Shown here piece after piece: positions 48,748-61,615 of a DNA stretch of 64,000 bases. A model generated the notes under the pieces. That model saw only the letters and a program-made list of their open reading frames with translations, ran no database searches and was not told the DNA's origin. Each line of letters begins with the position of its first letter. Positions within the stretch are counted from its first letter, which is position 1. Made by a program: the position numbers and the translations under genes. Location of the stretch: contig NIVC01001525.1 of the NCBI GenBank assembly GCA_002269645.1, positions 186,001-250,000 on the forward strand, written 5' to 3'. Source of the stretch: Macrostomum lignano (taxonomy: Eukaryota).

Positions 48748-51700
48748 AAAAATGGGCGAAAATCAAAACCGACATCAGCAAGAGACCATTGAAAACATTA
48801 CTGCTGCTGCACGCAATGGCCGCTTTCAAGACGTCAAGAATTTCCTCTCACAAATCAATGACCAATCAAACAGGGACACCTGCTGCATCAAAGCTGCCGA
48901 AGGAGCTGCATTCAATGGTCACTTTGAAGTCGTCAAGTTTCTCCTCCCACAAATCAATGACCAATCAAACAGGGACACCTGCTGCATCAAAGCTGCCGAA
49001 AATGCTGCAAACAATGGTCACTTTGAAATCGTCAAGTTTCTCCTCTCACAAATCAATGACCAATCAAACAGGGACACCTGCTGCATCAAAGCTGCCGAAG
49101 ATGCTGCAATTCGTGGTCACTTTGAAATCGTCAAGTTTCTCGTCCCACAAATCAATGACCAATCAAACAGGGACACCTGCTGCATCAAAGCTGCTGAAGG
49201 AGCTGCATTCAATGGTCACTTTGAAATCGTCAAGTTTCTCGTCCCACAAATCAATGACCAATCAAACAGGGACACCTGCTGCATCAAAGCTGCTGAAGGA
49301 GCTGCATTCAATGGTCACTTTGAAATCGTCGAGTTTCTCGTCGCGTGTCTCTCAAGTGACGATCTAAAAGCGAAGCTCCGTTTCCAATGCGCACTTACCG
49401 CTTGCTCTCGTCTTCACGAAAATGTCGTTGCCTCCCTCGGCCTCGAGCCCCAATGGCTCTTCCAATCGAACACCATCCTCAGCTTCACTGCAGCGATGGC
49501 CATCGAAAGCAGGAACTCTGTTCTCAACGACACCCTCTCTCGAATGCAGCCAGCTCAAATCACACAGCTGCTCCGTCTCTCCATCTCTCAAAGAAACGTC
49601 ACTCTTGCCGCCACACTGCTCAATCATGAGCGATTCAGCACACAGCACGTCGATCTCCCAGACGACAACACCGGAGCCACCGCTCTCATGCTCGCAGCTG
49701 ATGCTGGTCAGCACGAACTCATTCACAAACTCATCGATCTCGGCGCCTCACTGCACGCTCAAGACACTCACGGTCGCACTGCACTGTCACGAGCCTGCCA
49801 AGCCGGTCACGTGCGAGCAGCCAAGACTCTCATCGACAATGGAGCCGATGCCAGCCATCGAGACAGTCAAGGCCTCACGTGTGCGCAGCTCGCACAGCGA
49901 TTTGAGCAGCGGCAGGTGCTGCGGCTGCTAAATCCCACCGAGTCAGTTGCCATTTGTCCCATTACTTGCAATTACTTCGCTACCTTACCTCGCTTTCCTT
50001 CACACATTCCAGAAAAACACAGCACTGCCAGCCAGCCGCTCACCGCCTCCATCCGTGAGTCTGACTGTCTTTCTCCCTTGGGCCACTGGAATTTTTAAAT
50101 CCGCCTCCACTGACTCCACTCTCACCTCTCCACCCAGACTCTCACACCACTCAGAGCAGCACCTCAGCGAGGAGCTGCATCGACTGCTCAGCGATGCGGG
50201 ATTCACCGAGCAGAGAGCAAAGTATCTGAAAAACCTGGCTGACTGGCTACAAGAAGTCGCTGGAGTCCTCACACAGGATCGCAGGCAAATGACCGGCAGC
50301 TACGCAGAGGGCTGGGCCAACAGTCTGGTGCAAGTCAACGGCAGGACAGCTGCAGACTCCGACATTGACTGGACTGTGCTGGTTGATGGGCAAAAGTTCC
50401 ATCTGGAAGGTGGCTGTGACAGAACAGGTTTCTGCAGCAACGACACTCCGCTCCAGGTCAAGGAGGGCCACGCACAGGTGGCAGTCGGAGCAGGTCAGTG
50501 ACGCTCCGCTCATCATCAGAATGCCGCAATCCCCAATCCAAGCCCCCGTAAACTTTGCTCAATTTTTTAGTAATTAACTGAACTTCAGAGCTCACAAGTT
50601 CAACCTGAGTTTGAGACCTGACTGAAATACCTTTCAGCACTCATTTTGCTTTGAATAAAAATTCTGGCAACCAATCAGTCAACTCAAGTCCCTGCAATTC
50701 AACTGCCTCACCACCTCAGAGGTTATGAAACAATTATTAAGCAATGCCTTGCCTTCTCTTTCCCCTTAAAATATTTTTTCTCTTTCTCCGCCCATCATCA
50801 ACTCCATAGCGGTGCGCCTGCATGCATTTCAACGAATACTTTGCTTCATTCACTGATTGCAGTAGTAGCACTCACACACGAACTCAACCAACTCATTCAA
50901 GCAGCTGAAAACCAACCCATCCTGTTCATTCGCCACAATGCCACTCTCTGCTCACTGCGCTTCACAGGCAGCCAACCTGCTGTGACAGCCACGGCGTGCG
51001 GTGTGCGGCCTGCACAGGACACGTGCCATGCGATCCCGTGCTGCAGCAGTTTCGGCGAGGACAGAATAAAAAAACTGCTTCAAAACAATTTAGATAAAGT
51101 CCACCTCGTTCGGGCGACCAGACCGAGCTCGACCAACGAGCTCAGAGTGAGCTTCAGCTTCCAAGAGAAAGACATCATGAGACAGTTGAGCACAGTCCAG
51201 GGCCAGCTGTTCACACTCATCAAGTTCATCTTCAAGAGACACTTGCCGCTCACTCTGGACACACCTGGACTCAAGACCTACCATGCAAAGACTCTGCTAT
51301 TCTTCATGCTGGAGAGGCATGGCACAGATCCTGAAACTGAGGCTTGGCAGCAGCAAAATCTGATCGCTCTGCTCAACGAGTCTCTCGACATGATGCTGAG
51401 CTTCATCGACTTGAGTAGCTCGCCCGATGAGTGCATGTCGCACTTCTTTATGCCCGATGCTCCGCTCTACTTCAAGAACGCTGGAATCGGCGGCGACTTC
51501 GACAACACGAAGGCGAGGGTTCGAGACCGACTTTGTGAGCTGAGAAGCGACATCGGCGGAGTGGTCGAGCAGCTGAGGAGACTCGTGAGACCTCTGCAGT
51601 CAGAGAAGTTCTACTTTCACCTGTTCACTCTGCTGCCTCTGACAGCGCCGCCTGCTGTCACGGAGATCAGGGAAGGAACTTGGAATCCAGAAATGTACTA

Positions 51701-52580
51701 CAAGTTCGCAGACGTGTACAGTGTGGTGCACCAGTGTTTGAGCGAGCTGCAGTCGGAATCGAGCGACAGAGACACCCTGATGAGGCAGCTCAGTCTCCTG
51801 CATGAGCTGCAGTGGTGCAAGTGCGCCGCCCTGTGCATGACCGCCATGGCACATTTGAAGTTCGGAGAATCTGAGGAGGCTGAGAGACTCGCGATGGAGC
51901 TGTACAGACATCAGGTTGAGTCAGGGTTAAAGCCACAGGATATTCGATATGAATATATCCAAACTAAATCGCCAGCAGACTCAGACTGGGCGTGGAGGTT
52001 CTGCCTCCCCTGCGACTCTCCGCCTCGCTTCCCATTCCTTCCCGAGTTCACGCAGACTCTGTTCACAGCCAGACTGTCGCAGCCTCTCTCCTCCCACCTG
52101 TACGTGAACTTCCGCTGCCTGAGCTGGAGTCTCCAAGCTGAGCTGCTCCGCAATCGCACACCTGCAATCGCATTCGATCATTGGATTGAACAGCTGCTTG
52201 GAGACCCGGACTTGGAGGAGCTGCTCACTCTGGCTCACTACAGCGACTGCCGCGAGCACGTGGAGCTCAGCCTGCAGCAGATGGAGATGATCGAGAAAGA
52301 GAGACGCGTCGCCATGGAAACGCAGGACGAGGAGAAGATCGGCTGGGTCAGGCAGAAGCGGTGGCGAGTTTCGAACCGCAGCGGCAGCGACAGCGGCGCT
52401 CACCGCAGCAGGGAAGATGAGGAGCGGAGGCTGTGGGCGAGGGCGAGGCTGCGGCGAGACGGGGCCGACTCGGGTCGCCTGGTTGCCATGGAAACTGCAG
52501 CGGAGCAGAGAGACAGCTGGACTCACGCCAAGCTCACGTCGCAAAGTCGAGATCGGAAAAGGAAGGCTGAGTCAGACTGA
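48748..52580 (+). CDS. Ankyrin-repeat plus Mab-21/cGAS-like nucleotidyltransferase (cGLR); exons 48748-49941, 50013-50054, 50138-50493, 50968-52580
   Basis: All GT-AG junctions keep frame (1066 aa from the ATG at 48752); 33-aa ANK repeats; NTase TGSYAEG...DSDID; QDTCHAI; HLVR...ELRVSFSFQEK; LKTYHAKTLLFF. Confidence 0.88.
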
Positions 52581-53291
52581 CTGCCTAGAGCGGTGTTCGA
52601 TGCTGAGAATTTTCATGTACTTAGTGTTTTTTCAAGCAAACTGTCGGACTCTGACTGACTATGCTCATTTATTGACTGTGGGCTCTTTATTTGTCTGGTG
52701 AGGGTTTGCGTACTCTGGGTACATCGTTGCTCATTCTCTATTCCCTCGTGCATGACCTATCTCTGTCACCCACCCCAATGCTATGCTATTGACTTTCACA
52801 AACTGTTTATTCTGATGCATGCTGACTTGATGAGGGATCTGCGTGTTTTGCTTGAAAACACCTGGAATCGCCTCTACATTTTGACTGCGCATGGGTGGCC
52901 AGAAACTTGGCAAATTTCTGCCTGCTCTCTAGGAACTGCAGTTTTGTACATTTTTGCTGCAATTCAATTCGCACTGGATGCTGAATTGCTTTTTCCGTTC
53001 AAACTGCGTCTCTGCTTTAATGCGGGCTTTTCTCTGCGATTTTGCGGACTTCAATACTCAATTGCCAAATGCTGTTTAATGACATATTCAAGCCAAATGC
53101 ACAGGTAGCAGTTATCTGCATGAAACAGTAATCTATGTTCGAGGAATTTTACTGCATATACATGTAATACTGAAAAAATACTTTGGATGTACTTTTATAG
53201 CTTAAATGTTGTGTATACATGCTCCCGAATAATCCAAGCACCTGCTCTCAGAATGAGCTCGACTAGTCTGCAAATTGATTTCATGTAGTTA

Positions 53292-54347
53292 TGAACATTC
53301 AGTGACTGACAGCCTGACAGCTGCCTCATGAACATTCAGTGACTGACAGCCTGACAGCCTGACAGCTGCCTCATGAACATTCAGTGACTGACAGCCTGAC
53401 AGCCTGACAGCTGCCTCATGAACATTCAGTGACTGACAGCCTGACAGCCTGACAGCTGCCTCATGAACATTCAGTGACTGACAGCCTGACAGCCTGACAG
53501 CTGCCTCATGAACATTCAGTGACTGACAGCCTGACAGCCTGACAGCTGCCTCATGAACATTCAGTGACTGACAGCCTGACAGCCTGACAGCTGCCTCATG
53601 AACATTCAGTGACTGACAGCCTGACAGCTGCCTCAAGAACATTCATTGACTGACAGCCTGACAGCTGCCTCATGAGCATTCAGTGACTGACAGCCTGACA
53701 GCTCCCTCATGAACATTCAGTGACTGACAGCCTGACAGCTGCCTCATGAACATTCAGTAACTGGAAGCCTGACAGCTGCCTCATGAACATTCAGTGACTG
53801 ACAGCCTGACAGCTACCTCATGAACATTCAGTGACTGACAGCCTGACAGCCTGACAGCTGCCTCATGAACATTCAGTGACTGCCAGCCTGACAGCTGCCT
53901 CATGAACATTCAGTGACTGCCAGCCTGACAGCTCCCTCATGAACATTCAGTGACTGACAGCCTGACAGCTCTCTCATGAACATTCAGTAACTGACAGCCT
54001 GACAGCTGCCTCATGAACATTCAGTGACTGACAGCCTGACAGCTGCCTCATGAGCATTCAGTGACTGACAGCCTGACAGCTCTCTCATGAACATTCAGTA
54101 ACTGACAGCCTGACAGCTGCCTCATGAACATTCAGTGACTGACAGCCTGACAGCTGCCTCATGAACATTCAGTGACTGACAGCCTGACAGCTCCCTCATG
54201 AACATTCAGTGACTGACAGCCTGACAGCTCCCTCATGAACATTCAGTGACTGACAGCCTGACAGCTCTCTCATGAACATTCAGTGACTGACAGCCTGACA
54301 GCTGCCTCATGAGCATTCAGTGACTGACAGCCTGACAACTCCCTCAT
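53292..54347. repeat. 37/45-bp minisatellite (CTCATGAACATTCAGTGACTGACAGCCTGACAGCTGC)n
   Basis: Tandem units with an optional extra CTGACAGC octamer. Confidence 0.95.
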
Positions 54348-54788
54348 GTGAGTCAACAACAATTCCATTATTTTATTTATTGCTGTTTTTCGTATTGGCC
54401 AAAATCGATAAATGATATAATTCCCCAGTCTGTAATTCAGTATTTAAGGTTTCAATGGTAAAATACACTTGTAGTACACTTATTTAACCATGCTTGCTTG
54501 CTTTTTCCAGTCTGCAAGTAAATTTAAAAATGAATTCTCCAACTCACCATTTGTGTTCTCTGCCCCACAATGCTGCTGGTTTGAAGAGTAAATGTTCTTT
54601 GTTTCAGTTATGAGTACGTCTGTACTTTTACTTATACTCATGCTTCGCCTATTGCACCCGCCCCCGTCCGCGCCTCACGCCACCTTTTCTCACCGCCTTC
54701 ATATTGATTTGTTATAACGTACATTGCAAGTCATGCACACTTACAACCCCCCCGCTAAAGCTTGTGTCAACCCCGCCATATATTACAT

Positions 54789-55048
54789 TGAGAATAAATA
54801 TAGTAGCTCATGAGAATAAATATAGTAGCTCATGAGAATAAATATAGTAGCTCATGAGAATAAATATAGTAGCTCATGAGAATAAATATAGTAGCTCATG
54901 AGAATAAATATAGTAGCTCATGAGAATAAATATAGTAGCTCATGAGAATAAATATAGTAGCTCATGAGAATAAATATAGTAGCTCATGAGAATAAATATA
55001 GTAGCTCATGAGAATAAATATAGTAGCTCATGAGAATAAATATAGTAG
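54789..55048. repeat. 22-bp minisatellite (GAGAATAAATATAGTAGCTCAT)n
   Basis: About 12 essentially identical units. Confidence 0.95.
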
Positions 55049-55497
55049 CCGCCGAGTGCTGAGTTCTCAGTTCTTAAGAATCTCTTGTTAACAGCTGCCT
55101 TGAAAGTGTCGCCTGATGAAGAATGACTTTTGAGTTAACAAACAAAATTCCTGAAAAATGAGAATCCTACAGGAAATCACGTGCAAGACCCTAAAATTTA
55201 TCATTAACGAAATCCCTGCAGAACAAATAAAAGTACATAAAAATCTGCAAGGCCAAAATAACATCAAAGGTTATCCGGCACCTCCTCAGCCAGCAGGCAG
55301 TCGCAGAATCGCCGGTGGCTGCCAGCAGCGCCAGCAGCAGCACCTCCTGAACTTCCGGCTGTGGGAGGCCACTCGGCTCTGCAGCATCTGCAGTGCAGCA
55401 GCCGCCTCAGCTTGGGTTCGAGTGACTCCACCTGCGTCCGGCGTTGCCTGGAGCTGCACCGCCCTCTGACGGTCAGGCAGGGACTGACTGCAGGACC

Positions 55498-55840
55498 GCC
55501 CTCACACAGCCAAATACAGCCCTCACACAGCCAAAGGCAGCCCCCACAAAGCCAAAGGCAGCCCTCGCGCAGCCAAATACAGCCCTCACACAGCCAAAGG
55601 CAGCCCTCACACAGCCAAATACAGCCCTCACACAGCCAAATACAGCCCTCACACAGCCAAATGCAGCCATCACACAGCCAAATACAGCCCTCGCGCAGCC
55701 AAATACAGCCCTCACACAGCCAAAGGCAGCCCTCACACAGCCAAATACAGCCCTCACACAGCCAAATACAGCCCTCACACAGCCAAAGGCAGCCCTCACA
55801 CAGCCAAAGGCAGCCCTCACACAGCCAAAGGCAGCCCTCG
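55498..55840. repeat. 21-bp minisatellite (CAGCCCTCACACAGCCAAATA)n
   Basis: Tandem variant units. Confidence 0.95.
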
Positions 55841-55961
55841 CAGTTCCAAGTTGTATTGGCGCCACTGACTCATCTGCAATTGGCGCCAACTGATCCCACA
55901 ACCTATCTGATCCCACACCTTATCTGATCCCACCCTATCTGATCCCACCCTATCTGATCAC

Positions 55962-57108
55962 CCACCTCTCCCTCTCCAATCTCCCTCTCCCGCCTCTCCC
56001 TCTCCCAATCTCCCTCTCCCACCTCTCCCTCTCCCGCCTCTCCCTCTCCTGCCTCTCCCTCTCCCGCCTCTCCCTCTCCCGCCTCTTCCTCTCCCAATCT
56101 CCCTCTCCTGCCTCTCCCTCTCCTGCCTCTCCCTCTCCCAATCTCCCTCCCTCTACCTCTCCCTCTCCTGCCTCTCCCTCTCCCAATCTCCCTCTCCCAC
56201 CTCTCCCTCTCCCGCCTCTCCCTCTCCTGCCTCTCCCTCTCCCACCTCTCCCTCTCCTGCTTCTCCCTCTCCCACATCTCCCTCTCCCGCATCTCCCTCT
56301 CCCGCCTCTCCCTCTCCTAATCTCCCTGCCCTGCCTCTCCCTCTCCCGCCTCTCCCTCTCCCGCCTCTTCCTCTCCCAATCTCCCTCTCCCGCCTCTCCT
56401 TCTCCTGCCTCTCCCTCTCCCACCTCTCCCTCTCCTGCCTCTCCCTCTTCCACCTCTCCCTCTCCCAATCTCCCTCTCCCACCTCTCCCTCTCCCGCCTC
56501 TCCCTCTCCTGCCTCTCCCTCTCCCGCCTCTCCCTCTCCTGCCTCTCCCTCTCCCACATCTCCCTCTCCCGCATCTCCCTCTCCCGCCTCTCCCTATCCT
56601 AATCTCCCTGCCCTGCCTCTCCCTCTCCCGCCTCTTCCTCTCCTGCCTCTCCCTCTCCCACCTCTCCCTCTCCTGCCTCTCCCTCTTCCACCTCTCCCTC
56701 TCCCAATCTCCCTTTCCTGCCTCTCCCTCTCCCGCCTCTCCCTCTCCCACCTCTCCCTCTCCTGCCTCTCCCTCTCCTGCCTCTCCCTCTCCCACATCTC
56801 CCTCTCCCGCCTCTCCCTCTCCCGCCTCTCCCTCTCCCGCCTCTCCCTCTCCCGCCTCTCCCTCTCCCGCCTCTCCCTCTCCCGCCTCTCCCTCTCCTAA
56901 TCTCCCTTTCCTGCCTCTCCCTCTCCCGCCTCTCCCTCTCCTGCCTCTCCCTCTCCTGCCTCTCCCTCTGCCACATCTCCCTCTCCCGCCTCTCCCTCTC
57001 CCAATCTCCCTCTCCTGCCTCTTCCTCTCCTGCCTCTTCCTCTCCCACATCTCACTCTCCTGCCTCTCCCTCTCCTAATCTCCATCTCCTGCCTCTCCCT
57101 CTCCCGCC
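55962..57108. repeat. CT-rich ~15-bp minisatellite (CCTCTCCCTCTCCCG)n
   Basis: Polypyrimidine tandem array, preceded by a short 14-bp repeat (TATCTGATCCCACC). Confidence 0.95.
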
Positions 57109-58292
57109 TGTGATTAGCATGCACGATAAGCAATAAATTAGGCCCTAGACAAACCTATTTTTGGAGCGTTCAGAGATTTTTTTAAACTATTGGCCCTATT
57201 GCCTATCGCCGGTCGGCGAGTTCTACCAATCTTTCTCCAATAGTCGCAGTACGGTTCAAGCAAAGGAAGAACACAGGTGAAACCGATTCGAATAGATTTA
57301 GAGAGTGATAATCCTAGCAAGAATGACCAAGTTTGATTGACTCGACGATTTAATTAGATTCAATAAAGTTACAAGATTCTTTAACGTAATTCGCGGCGCA
57401 GATAATTCGAACTGATGATAACAAACCAATAATAACGATACAACAATTAATAATAGTAAATTAATTACGCAACTGGCAAGCGGATCTCAGCTTGAAGAAG
57501 AAGAAGAAGAAACCGACACGGGACCACGGAGAAAGACCACTGGCCTAACCCAGAACCTACACTCAAACGAGAGCCCTGACGAACCGACTGTTCAGCGGAG
57601 CACTAACTAAGTTCTATCAGCGCTGCCCTTCAGTGCGACACTGAGGCCATCGGGATCGAGGCCACGTACTTGGTCAAATCCGTCAGTCTCTATCTAGACC
57701 GCGCTTAATAGCGACAACTTCAGACACTGATGCCGTATCGTTACGCTACGAGACTGAAGCGGTCGGGCAGGGAGTGAAACACGGACCGGGGGTGATGAAA
57801 TCGGGCGCCTCAAAGCGCGAAACCAAAATAGGGCAAAACGGCCGGGAAGTTGAGCAAAACCAAGGGCCAAAAGCAGGAGAGAAGGGGAAGGGTGAGATCC
57901 GATCGCCAAACACACTTTCATTTATGGTCATTGTCAGACCCCTCACAACCCCCCTCAAGCCGGGTGGTGGTAGTCTGGCCGGCCGCTCGCCAAGCTGAAT
58001 TGCACTGTGCCGCGGCGCCGGGTAGAGTCATATTTTGCCGCGTGCCAGGGTCCTGGCCGATTCTGATTGGCTGGCCGCGCAAAGCCGGGGTTTGCAGAAA
58101 CTTCAACCCTCCGCTGAGTCACAAATGGCGTCTGACTTCTACCCTGTTTACGCAAAAAATTAGACTCTAACTAACAAGAAAAAAGTACATTGAAAACGCG
58201 TGACTAAATTAAAGCAAAATAATAATTATCAACAATATTACAGAAAATAACTAATAGAATACAAAACTATCGCAAAAGATGCTCACACTACA
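57109..58292 (-). mobile_element. Solo LTR, same family as 24742-25936
   Basis: Colinear homology end to end with the same TG...CA termini; no clean TSD. Confidence 0.8.
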
Positions 58293-61200
58293 GTGCCCTT
58301 CTGGAGAGACTCATCGGGAATTCGGTGATCCGGGCCTGGAGGCATGTGTTCAGCACGGCAAGAACAGTCTCTTAACTAGGAGCTGGATCAAGTGTTCGCT
58401 GTCTCCATTAATTAATGGCTCTCAATTAATTAATGGCTCTCCCCGGCTGCTTGCTTTTTCCAGCCCTGCGGGTGGGTTTTGTACCTATTAGACCGCAGGG
58501 ATTGCTGGTCAAAGTGGGCCAAGCCAACTGTAAGCTGCAGTCTTAATCAAAAGGCCATGCAAGGTGTCTCTGGCCAGGAAGTAGATTCGGTGCCCCTAAA
58601 AACCACAACGACCCGAAGTATACCGTCCTGCTGGACCTGCTCTGTCCACGACATAGTCTATTCGGGTCTGATCCCCTCCCACACGATCAGGACGTTTTTC
58701 CACCCTAAGACTCAAGCGCTTCTTAAATGTATCTCTATGGAATACGTTGGCTTCCTGGTGCAAATACTTGAGAGACGTAAGACGATACCACTTTGGAGCT
58801 TTTAGCTGAGGCGTATTACCGCGGTTCCTTTGCTCCGATTGAAATTGTGTTGACTTTAATCTTTATTGACCTCAGCCTGGTCTCTCGAGGCTACAGTTAC
58901 GCAAACGCAGTAGATAGAAATAAAGCATCAGTCCGTCAGTAAGCAGTAAGTCTCGCAAAATTCTCTAAACCCCTACCTAATATAAATCTAACTACTAACA
59001 GTAATCTGCATTTTTGTCTTTCTATCTCACCAGTGTCCATCAAGGAATACCTCAAAAGACTTAATAAAAATACTTAAGTCGTGCTTGGTTACCAGATAAG
59101 TAATTTAAGCTAAAAGTTCTTTTCAGTCAAAGAAAAACAGAGCCCACAGGGCTATGAATAACCATGCCCGATCAAACTACTGATTAGGACATTACGACGA
59201 ATATAACGCGATGTTTTTCGTTTTCTAAACACCGGTTATATTCTGCCATCAGACAGCGCTGGAACAAGCGACAACAACCGGAGATGCTTTTCTTTGACTC
59301 TGCCTTTTTGGGCTTCCAGTTCACGTATATTTATGAGCTTCTACAATTTCATCCCCTGCCGCCGATGAGGTGGGCAACCGCTTTCCTAACGACGGCGGGG
59401 TTTACACAAAAAGCGCGTATGCAATTAAAACAACACTAGGCATGCCCGTAACTACGGGGGCGAGGGCTAGACGGTTAGACTTAATGAATTACTCTGGTTG
59501 CGTTAGAGCATCTGAGGGAGCTCAGTTCACTGTCCTTCTGTGCGGGATGGCCCACGCATCCACCCCTCGGTTGCTACGCCAGGTTGGGGTTGGGCTGTCC
59601 ACGGCTCCTCCCCATGAGCGGCCGGGCTCATTAAGAATTATCCGGCCGTCCGTCTCCGCCTGTCAACCGTCCAGGTCAAATTGCCGCCTCGCCTTTAATG
59701 TATGGCTGAAATGGATGGGATCTGCTGTAGCTTTGCCATGAGCTGCGTGTGCTATTGTAGGCTCAGCCTATTTGCCTCTTTCTATTGTTTTTGCTTAGTT
59801 TCTAAACCCTACAGCGAGACAGCAACTTCGCTCATTTAATTAGAATAAGCAATTTTCTAAGTTCGTGCCTGTAAATCCCACAACGCCAGGCCTGGAGTGG
59901 CTGCACGCCCGGACCAGCGCTCAGCCCAACAGCAACCGGTTCCGCGTCGACCTGCTGTACTGGAACGACACCTACATCTGCAGACACTGATAGCCAAAAG
60001 CATTAAACTAGATAGGTGTTAGGCAACTCTCGGGGGTGGCAGAGTGGGGACTTATCGCATTGGTTGAATTAGATGCGGCTCTCCCCTTTCCTGGGCCTCT
60101 GTCCCCCACAGCACTTTCGGTCCCTTCCCTTCCCAACAGGTACATTCTGTTCATCCTCGCGGGATGTCCGGTCTCTCCAGGTTGTTCTCTGCAGGCCTGC
60201 CCTCCGATCCGGTTTTGGGCGGTCTGCACCTCTGGGCTGGCTTAAATAAGGGGATAATCGATCGTTGCTCATGCTAGCGACCATTTGCTCTTTCATGTGC
60301 TGCTTTAATCCTCAGGTTGCTGTGGGGCTCTCTAATTTCTATTCTTATTTCTAACTCTTATAATAAGCTTCTTCTACATTCCATGCTGAGTGCTTTGGCA
60401 GTACATAATTTAAAACCAGTACAAACTACAATATTAATAATACGCATAAAACTTGATATTTTAACCACGTTAAAACTGAAACTTTGTTCTGTCGCAGTGT
60501 TAGCAGCTGCAGGTGATCTCGCAGGGATTTCAGGTGCGCGGCTCTGTCAGCCGACTTGTCAGACACTTTTCAGACACTCACACCCCACTAATCGAGTTCA
60601 AGGATAAAATGAAACTATTTAAAATGTTCTTCAACCTAGAAACCAGAATATATAGGACAATAATCTATAAAGGAGCTTGTGTATGTATATTTCACGTTAC
60701 AAATCATGTTTTAACTCATGGTAATCCGTTTGAAGTTTATGAGAATTAAAAATTCGTTTCAGTGAAGAAAAAAACACACGTGCATTATTATAAAGACGGT
60801 GACAGGTGTGTGTACCACATTCCACAATGAGTTATAGTGAACTAAATCTTTGATGCATTGTTTCGAGAGACATTGTGTAGTGTGAGTCTGCTCGCGGCTG
60901 CTCTCGATCTATACTTTACGACTATCTATGTGTACATCTGTTTAACATCAAAATGTATTTCTGTTGTACTTCCGCTCAGAAAACAAAAAAGAATGAGAAC
61001 TTCATTATTTGGCAACAAGAAGCCATTATTTAACAAACTCACAGAGCTCATGTCGGAAGCCACCAACCAAAAGTACCAACTCACCAACTCACCAACTCAT
61101 CTAAGAGAGCCGCTTCAAACGGATTGAAGCTGCCCTACCGCCCGCCACCCGAACTGACAGGCCGAGTTCACTCTAGCCAAGCAATTAATAAGAGCAGGAT

Positions 61201-61296
61201 ACTGTAGGGTGAAGGTAGAGAGACAAAGCTACTTTATTGGCCTTTACAAATACTTTATAATTCCGAGGCTCACTTTTCACGGCAAGTGTCGTTGCA

Positions 61297-61615
61297 TTTT
61301 TTTATTAGAGGCAGGGGGGTTGTGTGCACCCTGGCGCACTTTAAGCGACATAGGCACACAACCGGCGAGAGGCATTGCTGCCCATTCCGATGACTCCTCT
61401 GAGCAGGCACACAAGCGCGCGAATACGTACGCAGGCACACACTCACACAGGAGTGTACAGCGGGCCTAACTCTATTTATCGTTGGGCATGTACACTTCAC
61501 TGCGCCTTGGGGGTTGGGTCTCAAGGCCGTTAATTGCACGAGCAGAGCCAAGCCGAGATTCCAATTCAGCCCCAAATTAGTGTGACTACACTTGGAATCG
61601 AGCCTGGGTCGCTGG
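61297..61615 (-). mobile_element. SINE copy carrying the empty Helitron target site
   Basis: Matches 45970-46312; gggcA|Tgtacac at 61488|61489. Confidence 0.85.

Noticed and set aside
53292-55048. CRISPR-like arrays
   Set aside because: Repeats are contiguous with no unique spacers, there are no cas genes, and the context is eukaryotic.
55361-57133. Collagen-, RS- or antifreeze-like repetitive ORFs
   Set aside because: By-products of the 21-bp and CT-rich arrays.
24742-58292. One giant LTR retrotransposon bounded by the two LTRs
   Set aside because: The first LTR has its own TSD, the two are clearly diverged, and no gag/pol lies between them.
58300-59110. ORFs at 58279-58805
   Set aside because: No recognisable motifs or splice support.
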